From positions 30,318,001-30,382,000 of the forward strand of contig OZ260662.1 of assembly GCA_965285935.1 (NCBI GenBank): a stretch of 64,000 nt of DNA, written 5' to 3'. Of this stretch, positions 14,901 to 25,357 are shown piece by piece. Each line of letters starts with the position of its first letter. The stretch's first letter is position 1. The notes beneath the pieces were generated by a model, which saw only the letters and a program-made list of their open reading frames with translations, had not been told where the DNA came from and searched no databases. The position numbers and the translations under genes are program-made. The stretch is from Ophelia neglecta (taxonomy: Eukaryota).

Positions 14901-15463
14901 CTAACATACATAGCAAAACCGTTTTCGACGTTGCTTACTGATACACCTAGAACAGTACATGATAACTTAAATAAATGTGCTGCAGGTTGGGTTTCAAACA
15001 TTAGTTATAGCTGAGTTAACGGACAAAACATTTCAAGGAAGAAGGATGAGTCACTTTTGTAATTTCATTCTTCTTCAGATACCACGGCTCTCTTTGTTTA
15101 GTGCGCTCCTCACTGAATACGTTTCGATCCGTCAACTTGTTTTAAGCAACACAGGTTTAATACAAGTTTAGTTTATTGGTAAAACGTCATATGTGAGCAT
15201 TAGGAGATGAAACAAATTAAATGGGGCATTTGACAAGAGTGTGAGAATGCATCAAAATGGGAATTTCTTTGGGGCAAGAATTGTTAAAAACTTGATATAT
15301 GTATTTCTTATTAGGTTGATATTTGTCCCTTGTCTCAAGTAGACATGCAGGTGAAGACATGCAGATAAATCCACTAAAAGCACACTGTGGAACATGCCTT
15401 AGACTTTTATCTATTGAGCTGAGATTTTATAAAGGATCTTTACTAAGCCGGCATGGGATACCC

Positions 15464-15517
15464 AGAGAGAGAGAGAGAGAGACAGACAGACAGGTAGACA
15501 GACAGACAGACAGAGAG
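15464..15517 (+). repeat. Compound (AG)n/(GACA)n microsatellite
   Basis: Read directly: agagagagagagagagagacagacagacaggtagacagacagacagacagagag. Confidence 0.9.
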
Positions 15518-15809
15518 GGACCAATTATTCGAGGGGTAAAACAACGGTAAATTGGCCTATAGGGTTTTCCTAATGTTAAGGTGTGCATTCCACATTTTAT
15601 ATATAACAAACCTAGCATGTGAATGGAATTGAATTAATAAACCACCAGGTCAACTATGCTGCATACTATTCATTCTTTTGGATAATTGCAGGTTATGTAT
15701 TGTATAAAAACGCATCTTGTCCAATAAGCCAGTAACACCTCTCTGCAGAGAAGTCTCTCTTTGAATAAACCATACAAGCACCGATAATTCGCAGGGCGGA
15801 AATCCCCTA

Positions 15810-15953
15810 TTAAAAGCTATGTTGCGTAAGTAACCATGGCAGGTTGAGGAATAAGAACAGTAGACTTATATATGGGCAAAGCTAGACTAGCGACGTATTA
15901 TTTATTCATTTCTTACACAGTTTGAGTTCCACTCCTGGAAACGAGATCCCCCA
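15810..15953 (-). repeat. Split direct repeat B2 (3' terminus of the element)
   Basis: TTAAAAGCTATGTTGCGTAAGTAACCAT...AGCGACGTATTATTTATTC...GAAACGAGATCCCCCA is repeated at 16564-16656. This copy has 51 extra bp (15838-15888). Confidence 0.9.
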
Positions 15954-16219
15954 ATACGTCGAATAAATACAATGTGCGAAAAAATTACTGCGAAAACCAT
16001 GAAATTTAAATTAGAAGAGTCATTTGCGTCAGAAGGAACTGGTATTCCTAACGTCCGACGATCATAGTGGCTGCGCGCTGACGAAGCTGTAAGCAAGACA
16101 GTGGGTAGATAATGTTGAATAAGTGCCAGGTGGGAGCCAGGGGAAGGAGGTGGGAGGCGATGTCAGCACCTCGGCGGACGGCAGCAAACTGAAGCTCCAC
16201 AGCCCTACCCTACCAAAGG

Positions 16220-16560
16220 GAAGACCCCCACAGGTGGGAGGGCTGTGAACTGCCTGATTGGTCAGTATACTGACTACACATATGAAGGAGTAGAGTGGCA
16301 CCCGGGCAGCCCCGGAAATTAGAATGAAATTTATTGGAGGGCCAAAGCCTGCCCCATGAATAGTTGACTGTATACACATGTCTGTAATTAATTAGGATGG
16401 TACCCCTGAACCCAGGGAGCAGACAGTGATACAAAGGCCCCCACACATACGGGGACCCCGGGTGCTGGGATTATGGCCACTGTAGATAAGATGGCCTTTG
16501 AATTAATCTATTTGAACTTCACTGCTTTTAACCACAGTTGCCCGGTACCCTAACAACTGA
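16220..16560 (-). repeat. Split direct repeat A2 (internal copy)
   Basis: 341 bp nearly identical to 18422-18762; I found 3 substitutions by eye (cagggagc/caggaagc, gaatta/gaacta, ccctaac/ccccaac). Confidence 0.95.
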
Positions 16561-16563
16561 AAT

Positions 16564-16656
16564 TTAAAAGCTATGTTGCGTAAGTAACCATAGCGACGTA
16601 TTATTTATTCATTTCTTACACAATTTGAGTTCCACTCCTGGAAACGAGATCCCCCA
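16564..16656 (-). repeat. Split direct repeat B1 (internal copy, just after the YR stop)
   Basis: Matches 15810-15953 apart from a 51-bp gap and one substitution. Abuts A2 through the linker AAT (16561-16563). Confidence 0.9.
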
Positions 16657-16661
16657 TCCAA

Positions 16662-17713
16662 TCATTGTAGGGGTAGTTTAGAAGAAAAAGTTACCAGTGC
16701 TTGGCATTTGGCTAAAAGGGAAGGGGGGACATATTTAAGATATGCCGAACTCTTCCAGTCACCCAGTAATCTGACGACTTCCCCTGGTACCCCCTGTTGG
16801 AGGGCCGAAGTAGCCTCACCCCTCCTGAAGCTGTGAGACCCGTATCCCTGGGCCGGCAGCCCCGTGCGCTCTAGCACAGTCAGAAGTTTCTTCCTGAACC
16901 AAGGATAAGTAGCTGGGATAAAGGCTGACCCGGACGGAATGACAAAGGTTGGACCTCCCGGTCGAGCCCTGCGGGTTAGTGCCAGGGTGGCTGCTACAGC
17001 CAAGGCTGGGCACAGTGGATGTTCCCCAAGATAAGGGAGGGGGCATAGAAGTGAGCGCTCACCGAACTGAATGGTCTTCGACCATCTGAGGGACACGATA
17101 AGGCCCTCCCGGCAGGGAGGGGTGGTTAGGTAGAAATCCGACCTAAGCAGGTGTTTCTTAGAGTTGAACCCAGCAATGGAGGGGGCAGAACATTAGATTT
17201 CCTGAGCAAGGCAAAAAAGAGTGTAAGGCAGATTGCCCAAAACACTCTGTCCTCGATCTCCGACCAAGACAGAGACTTCCTAATTGCCAGGAGCATAAAG
17301 GGGGTGATCGGGCGTTTAGCGACCGTCGCATCTCCCTTATCTCGCCTGATGCCGCGAAGCAGTGCAGTAAGGGCCCAGTCGTCTGTAACGGGGTTCGGAA
17401 AGCCCAGGCAAAAGTGCAGGTAGCGAATGGCTGATAAGTAGCATTTGATGGATTGGTACTTGAGCCGGCTGGCCAGAGCGGCAATGTATCTGGCCAGATC
17501 CTCTCGAGAGACTGGCACTGGGTTAACTCCATGCGCCGCACAGAAAGACAGGAAGGCCCGTACCTGAGACTTGTAGGCCCTTCTGGTAGAGTCTGCTAGT
17601 GCCAAGGAGCGGTAGCGGGCGACTTCTCCATCCAATTCTTCCTTACGCGACCTAGCGTATGAATCTGTGGAAGGAGATGAAGGAGAGCGGCCGGTGAAAC
17701 ATAGTGGGTTCAA
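16662..17713 (-). pseudogene. Tyrosine recombinase (YR) of the Ngaro-like element, split by a 1-bp frameshift
   Basis: The N-part (ORF 17126-17713) has LADSTRRAYKSQVRAFLSFC and FFALLRKSN (catalytic R). The C-part (ORF 16662-17096) has SKT (K), HSFRRG (HxxR) and LGDWKSSAYLKY (W, Y). Adding one base to the G5 run at 17181-17185 joins them as ...NVLPPSIAGFNSKKHLLRSDF...IVSLRWSKTIQF. True start uncertain. Confidence 0.9.
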
Positions 17714-18421
17714 AAATAAATTGGTCTAAAAAAGGTGGGGCCAGGGGGATTTGGCCCAGCAGAGCCCAATAGAGGAGCCAGTTGTCCGAGTATAGCCGGG
17801 AGGCGACATCAGCAAAAACATTGGCCTTACCCGGCAAGTAGTGAACTATGTACGAGAAGTCCATACGCGCGGCCCACTCGGACATTTCTCTAAGGGCGGA
17901 CATCATAATATGACAGCGAGTTGAGCCCTTGTTGACCATAGCGGCTGCGGCCTGGTTGTCAGAAAAGAAGATCACATGCTTTCCTGCCCACCTATGGGCC
18001 CACCTACGGGTAGCCAGAAGAACCGTCAGAGCCTCCTTGTGGTTAATATGGAGCTTCCCTAACTCGGGCCAGTCGACCTGCCAAGAGGAATATGACCAGT
18101 CCTCCTGGAAGACCATACCCGCTCCTTCAACACAACTGTCAACTTCTACCGAGACAGACTCCCTGTGCATAGCAGAGCTAATGGTCTTGCCCATTCTGTC
18201 AACAAGGTGCCCCCTCCACCATTCTAAGTCCAGAAAAAACTCTGGCGGTAGGGGGTAGCGATGGTAAGGTTTGGTTAGAACCTCTATGGCGTTTAGGATG
18301 CGGCGGAGGAAAGTCCTCCCGCCCCGCACTACCTGGCTCGCCCAACTGAGTCTACCGGCAAGCGACTGCAGCTGGCGCTTTGAGGCTCTGGACTAGTCTT
18401 TAAAACTATCTAGAATGAAGA
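17652..18421 (-). pseudogene. C-terminal end of reverse transcriptase plus DIRS-type RNase H (5'-truncated)
   Basis: Frame reads ILDSFKD*SRASKRQLQSLAGRLSWASQVVRGGRTFLRR (RT C-terminal region, in-frame TAG at 18393-18395). It continues into RNase H motifs VDSC, HINHKE, SDN and YLPGKANVFADVASR, with D/E/D/D acidic residues present. It overlaps the start of the YR frame. Confidence 0.88.
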
Positions 18422-18762
18422 GAAGACCCCCACAGGTGGGAGGGCTGTGAACTGCCTGATTGGTCAGTATACTGACTACACATATGAAGGAGTAGAGTGG
18501 CACCCGGGCAGCCCCGGAAATTAGAATGAAATTTATTGGAGGGCCAAAGCCTGCCCCATGAATAGTTGACTGTATACACATGTCTGTAATTAATTAGGAT
18601 GGTACCCCTGAACCCAGGAAGCAGACAGTGATACAAAGGCCCCCACACATACGGGGACCCCGGGTGCTGGGATTATGGCCACTGTAGATAAGATGGCCTT
18701 TGAACTAATCTATTTGAACTTCACTGCTTTTAACCACAGTTGCCCGGTACCCCAACAACTGA
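18422..18762 (-). repeat. Split direct repeat A1 (5' terminus), fused directly to the RT end by an internal deletion
   Basis: Copy of 16220-16560. Similarity stops abruptly at ~18422, where RT-derived codons begin. Confidence 0.93.
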
Positions 18763-21700
18763 CATAAATAATTAAGTACCACCAACCCCCTCACGTCAAC
18801 CACTGTGCTCAAGTTCAATAAAACATTGCATGAAAGAAGGAAAATTCTGTAAGGAGGGTGTGCACTCCCCCCCCCCCCCCCCAACAACACTCTTGACTGT
18901 TCTTATGAACTGTACCAATTGCTTACTGGTATTCGCTGGTCAACGGGAGAAAGCAATCTGATCAAGGAGAAAGCCTGCTTACATAAACAAAATCAAACAT
19001 GTAAGTATGCTCTGAAATGTTAGGATGTTACATGGGTTTGATGGGGACTCATATTAAGTCCTTCTGGTGTGATCCAACAGGGGTGCCAGGAGAAACGGTT
19101 TCGGAATCTAGCGCACCATTTTTAAAATCCCACGGAATGGAACCCGTTAACACTGTTCCTTATTACACGTATGCCGAGGCTGTTTAATCTTGGATAAAAA
19201 ACGGACAATACATTACTGTTAAATGTATAACCTGTCACTGACGTGATTGGAGCTAGGAAAACATGGCCGCACACTGATTCCTGTGCAGTATGCTAATCCT
19301 AAAATCTAAACGTTTAGGAGACGAAACGCACGTTTTATATGCCACAATGACACAAGGGTCCTGCAGACCATAAAGTCCTCGGCTAGTCCTATTCCTTTTA
19401 CACAAGTACCATTTATTTAAAGTGAACAAGTGATTGGGCTGAGGGTGTATACATGTTAAAGCTTGTGTAAAAGAAGTGGTTTCTGTGATCCCCCCCCCCC
19501 CCAAGGTTCCCACGGACTTCGTTTACTAACACTATACAAAACCCGGGAGGCCCCCGGTCATGAATGACCACGGGGAGAATTGGAAGAGGATGACCTCTTT
19601 CACCCAGAATTCTAAAGACCTCCAACAAAATTGGGAGCATTGACCACCATTCTTTGATAGCCGTCTCTGCTGGGCAACACTGCAATGCCTATTATGACCT
19701 AGCTGGTTCCATGTTCAGATCCAGGCACCATTGCATGTTCTGAATAACAAAATTCATTAGCCGTTTAGTAGCAAAACGGGGCGAGAATTCCAGGGAACTG
19801 GGGGATGTTCTCTTCACATTTATTTGTAACTGACGGTGTGGTCACAATATGAGAAACATTAGATTGTGTGATCGGAATACCCTCGTTGCTTTTGGCCTTA
19901 GTCTCCAGCACAAGATAAACATGGGTTCATCCCAATTAACGAAATGTGTCGGTAGGCAATTATTAGGCAAACGTGAGTGTGTTTCGAGTCGGTCGGTCAT
20001 GTTTGAGGAAATGGATCACTTTAAGGACTGTTTTACATTTCCCCATTTTTATTGTAACATTTCCCTTCTTTTAATTTGAAGGTGATCTATGTATTAGTAG
20101 GTGTTCGACAGAAGGCGAGATTTGATAGAATATAGATTTTACAAACAAAAAAATTACAGAAAATGGCATTATTAGATGCGAATCCCAGGCGTGAATGGCT
20201 GAGAGGTCATGCCATTGTATTTAGCCAATCTGTCATAATTATTAATGTACTGCATTATATCATATCTCAGTTGAATTTAAAAAAATAAAAATAAATGCCT
20301 GTATACAATATATTTTCTAAATCCAAAAGTACACAACAATGATACTCTTCACAAAGGGTACTGTTGAAGATTTGTGTATCAGCACGTCCAAATGAGGTTT
20401 CTCTTTTCTGGTTTTGTGCATTGAACAATTTCGCTTCAGAAAAAAGCTTTCAGGCTACGAAAAGAGGGGCAAACAAATGGTAATTCGTGTCACCAAGCAA
20501 CACTGAAGAAGCCATTAACGTTTCTAGGAAACATCTTTACCAAAATGAATACCACCCATTCAGCCGAGCGTTATATTAATTGAACTATTTATCACGCACG
20601 GTGTTTTTTTTCTACGTTTTCTAGGCAGAATTGAGCAAATAAAACATGGCTTGGCTCAGCGAGGTATTTTTATCCGGGACTAGCTTATGTAAATTAACTT
20701 GCACTCAGTGAAGTGCTTGCGCCATGTCTATTATCACGTTCTTTTGTAAATGCTGAAGGACGAGTATTTATAAGTGTACATAATTTATAGTGAAAATCCT
20801 CATTATAGTCCGCAAAGGAGTCAAACGACATTAAGCTCAGCCAGCCGAATTACACAGGGCATTAATTATAGACTTCTAAGGATAGTGGCCAAAAATTTGT
20901 TTGATCGTTTTACTTGTATAATTTATAAGCTAAACAATCAACGGTACAGTGTTGTAAGGCACAGATGTGCCAACTAATTTCGTCATTTTCAAGAAGATGA
21001 GACACACAAGTTCGGTAATAATTGCCAAGTTGTAGCATAATATCAAACAAAGAATTGCATACATGTATAACAGTAAATGTAACGGGATAGTGTATAGTGT
21101 TATTAACCATGTAACACAAAGGGGAAGAATCAAAGCAAAGAGCAACTGTTTCGAGTTAACAATTTTATTAAAAACTGCTTATGTAGTCCATGATATCTAC
21201 TGGCGGTGATCCATAGGCTTGCTGTCAGGCGATGAATGACAGTAACTGCGAGAGAATTTAGAAAAGTCCGACTCGGTTTGGAATGTTTGCTCAGTATGTC
21301 GCTGCTCTATTTCCAATATCTCGGTTATAACCATTTTATTACAGGATTCCCTGTCTGTAAAAGAAATTGAGACAGCTCTCAAGGTTATAAAGTATCAAGT
21401 AGAAGTAGAGACATTACTATTTGATACGTTTATCAGTGCTGCTAAACTGACGTTGAACTAGTCGGTGCCGCAAAACTGAGGTTGACACACACGATGAACT
21501 CAAGGTAAGAATGGTTCTAGAGAAGCTAACTTTCATGTGATACTGATTGCCGTAATGTATTGTGTTCCAATCCATGTTGTCACTTTAAGTGTCGACGGCA
21601 CTTGGTCGGCGACTTCTGTATGAATTATAAGCTGCATGGTACGGTGGGCATTACCAACCGATTCAGAGAAAAATACCTGATATGGCAAAATGGTTCGTAA

Positions 21701-24004
21701 AGGGGTAGGGTTAGGGGATCTGTTATGGGGAGAACTTGATAATAATAGGCTGTGAAAAATGTATAACTGAACTAACTAATCATAACCTAGGAAGAGTCCA
21801 GTTTTTAAAACGAATCTTAATTTTCGTTCCGGGAATTCCATTTCAGACGTTCATATTACTACCCGTAGAGGAAGAAAATATAAAAACAGAAAGTCCATGC
21901 CACATTTGGTCAAGCAGATTTTAATCCGTTGCAAATACTTAACTCATAGCACACGTAAAGAACGGTCAACATCTGCAGAGCAGAAAACCTGCATTGAGGA
22001 AACTTATGCTGGACAAAGACCACATAACAAATGTGTTAGGGTTTACTAGTATAGTATAGTATATATGAATAGTCCTACATCAATCACAACCAATCTTCCG
22101 TCGAATCTGATTTATAGTAGGAACTTTTCCAATGTATCAAAACATTAGTCATATTGAGTGGCGTTAAAGTACCATTCGACTATTTGTTTGGACTTGTTAG
22201 TGATGTCTGGCTTATCTTCCTCATAGTTTCTTTGGTATATTATTCAGTTAAGTTTAAAAAAACATTTTAAAACCTACCTATGTTCCTAGTAGATTCATTT
22301 CATTTAATATTCTGAGGGTATAAAAAAGATATTTGTACACTAGCGGAATGAAATCAAGTATTTCTTTTCCTCAACGGTTCTTAGTGAATTTCTTTCCACT
22401 TTAATGGGTAATTCCTAATTGATGATTTTGCATTGTCTTATGGGTATATACGCCTGTTTTTTATTCTCCAAAAAGAAAATGTGCATGTGGCGAGCTAAGT
22501 AGCAAACTTCACACTTTCTAACGGATAGTAAACGTTCGTTTTTATCTGCTTACATAGTATTTTGTAGTGAATTTCAAGCAAAGAAAAAAACATCCTGAAA
22601 ACAGTATGAAACGTCTACATGCATTAAAACCTTTAAACCAGAAAAAGCTAACTGCTTTGGGTCAATGTCAATATACCCCAATCCCAATATGTAATATGTT
22701 TATATTATCTTAATTCATATAATTTCAAAAATCAAATAGCGATACTCTACATTGTAAACATTTTACATCCTTGTTTGGTCATGGGCTTATTGAGACAATT
22801 TCATTTATAGTCTCTCATTTATGTGTGTGCTCAAAGACTGCTGTAGGGCAAACTGTTCTACGTTGACCACTGACCCGTTTGTTCTTACACAATGACTTGC
22901 ATCATGGAAAATTGCCGACTACATCTCACTCCAAGTGATATCAATGTTTTTTTGAAATTGACGTTAAGCGGCCCTCTGTGCGAAAGTGGTTCCTTATCAA
23001 ATCGGACCATTTTAATGGACTAAGTGTTGATAAATAATTTCATTTTGTATGCTGGTATCTAATCCCATTTTTTCACGATGTTTATTCTGCCTGCACTTTT
23101 CAAAAATGTGAATTTGATATCGATTTTTAACATATAAGATAATGGTAGTACAAGGCAAAATTTTTAGTCCATAGACTTGTTATTTGGTATTGAAGATAAA
23201 CTTATGAAGGTTGAGTAGATAAGCTGTACATGTAGGCCATTGACCATTACTTTCGCCGTAACTTTACATGTTAGTTATGCGTAGGTTATGTCAAAATATC
23301 TTCTGTAATTTGAGAAATAAGCAGCTTAATATTGACCAATTCATGCAAGCAATTCGTGCAAGCCACGACATTTGTAATATACCTAAATAATGAGACAACG
23401 GTGCGTAAGCGAATTCCATGAATATTCAATAACCTATACGACCGAAAAAACCCATAAAGAACCTAGTCACACAAGCTGCAAACTGAAAACTGTGTGACCT
23501 GCATGTTTAATTAATGTTGCAGTTGTAGAAGCTTATTTCGAACTAATTCTATGGATAATTGTTCTTTCAATAGTAATAGTAATAGTAATGTTCACATTGC
23601 TTTATATATGGATTCCATGAGTTTGTTTTATTTGATCTTTTATAAAAGGTACGATATCTGCGAATTGTGTGAACAAATACGACTTGTAAAATTGAAATAA
23701 ACTCCAAACATTGGAGAAAGAATTGCTTCCATTTGACAGCTAAATCATAATTGATAGGCAGCTGGGCCAAAATGGCATTGACTTTATATTCCTTCAATTC
23801 TGGAGCATTTGGGTGGGCATGGACGAGTGAGGTGCGGATTGGGGTGGGGGGTCGGGGGCGGGGGGGGGGGGGGGCAAGATTCGATTCCCGATGAGGCTTG
23901 CAGGATTGTAGGATTCGAATCCCAATGATACTTGCAGCATCGTTCATGAGCAAGTGATAAAATATGACAAGCATTTGGTAGTTTATACATACTTTGGTAT
24001 GCTG

Positions 24005-25357
24005 GAAGCAGGTGTTGCTCCTTTAAGCTGTAAAAAACCTTTACTGGAAATGTGAAAATAATAACACTTTAAAGAAGCTTTGGCATGGAATATCATTTCC
24101 CAGTTGAAAAAAATGTTACAGCTATGTGCTTACAAAAATTTGCTGCTGGGCGTAACAAAAAGGTTATCCTCCCTGCCTCGATTAAGCTTTACTTGATCAC
24201 AAACCTGGCGTTGGGCAACACCTACAGGCTTGAGGAGGCGCTAACTGGAAAGGGGACTTCATATCGTGTAAATGGCATTGCCTTGCAGGCTAAAGTTTCT
24301 AATCCTAATCTCCCCCAGGTTGATTTTCTCACATTATTTAAGGCAAGTAGGGGACATTTAATGCAGATCAACAGCAGTTAGATGTCTATGTGCCTGGAGC
24401 ACGTATTGGTCCACACCCCATTCAACCAATAATACGCAACAATTAAAGTGAGCTGCCATAATTATCAGTAAAAAACCCCTGCTGCTTTGGACCGTTAATA
24501 GGCAAAGAGATATTGATGCTACAACAATGACCAGCTGGAATGGGTTCAACATTAAACCACAATAAGGAATTCGTTACGGACGATATCATGAGGTATCTTC
24601 CAACTACCAGCCACTGACTTATCAACGTTATAAGACATCCTCAAACAATCAGAAGATAGCAAAAAATAATTATGTCTCAAAACAATTGTGGTTGTTATGG
24701 AGAAGGCCTTGATTAAGACTGGTACATAATTAGCATGGAAGCACATAGCTGGTCTGGAGAGTATTTGCATTAAAAGTTTAATTAATGGAATACCTGATGG
24801 TATGCATTACAACCGTTGTATCAGGGTACACAAATGAACATATGAAGTCCTGTTAGTAGGGGTAGAGTCAAATAAATGGGTGAAAGAAACTTACCAGAGC
24901 ATCAAGGGAATGATTATGGCTCTCTCAGAAAACCTGAGCATCAATGCCTGTGAATTGAATCAATAATACTTAAATAATATGCTCCAAATCCCCCTCCTTG
25001 ATAAGGTCATAACTCTTTGGAGGGACTTCCTGGTCACCTGCAGTCCTGCATCATAAGAATTATGAGCTCTCGGCTTATTGTATGTCATATATTGATATAT
25101 AAGAGAATGTGATAGTTAGGTTTCTGCGTGCTTCTCGTGTGGGAAACGGAATTAACATATATTCACTATAATGTACATCAATTCTTTACAATGATTCCTT
25201 TGTGCTTTGCATATGGCTAAAAAAGTATGTCAGGTGCCTGTCTCGCTACTGTTCCTGAAAGTCAAAATGCGCATGAAGCTTTCATAGCTGGCCACTTTGC
25301 GTTCCGTTGTCCTGCGATAACCCTTTCGGTAACATTCCAGTGGACCAGACCACTGAG
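24005..25357 (+). pseudogene. Heavily decayed large DNA-transposase-like ORF (tentatively CMC/Chapaev-like family of marine invertebrates)
   Basis: Collinear peptide fragments across frames with many stops and frameshifts: KQVLL.AVK..TGNV, GHGIS, AMCLQKFA, RLEEALTGKGTSYRVNGIALQ, GFNI, YLPT, DILKQS..IVVVMEKAL..AWKH, DGMHYNRCIRVHK.TYEVL, FLRASRVGN, MIPLCFAY, NPFGNIPVDQTTE followed by a GT donor-like site at 25358. The family resemblance is from memory and has not been searched. Confidence 0.65.

Larger units (their letters stand above)
15810..18762 (-). mobile_element. Internally deleted tyrosine-recombinase retrotransposon, Ngaro-like (DIRS order), with split direct repeats A1-ORFs-B1-A2-B2
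   Basis: On the minus strand: A1 (18762-18422), end of RT plus DIRS-type RNase H, tyrosine recombinase, B1 (16656-16564), A2 (16560-16220, probably extending to 15954), B2 (15953-15810). No methyltransferase lies between RH and YR. GC content is clearly higher than in the flanks. Confidence 0.92.

Noticed and set aside
16062-16446. Duplicated ORFs MCIQSTIHG.../MWGPLYHC... (also at 18393-18648)
   Set aside because: They begin at GTG within the non-coding A repeats; the duplication simply reflects A1/A2.
19078-19682. Possible hAT-like MITE (CAGGGGTGCCAG...CTGGGCAACACTG; similar ends at ~14200 and ~62640)
   Set aside because: The TIR match is poor and there is no TSD, so boundaries cannot be supported.
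23876-23925. Two B-box-like motifs (GATTCGATTCC, GGATTCGAATCCC) as a tRNA or SINE
   Set aside because: No A-box or cloverleaf could be built; at most a SINE remnant.
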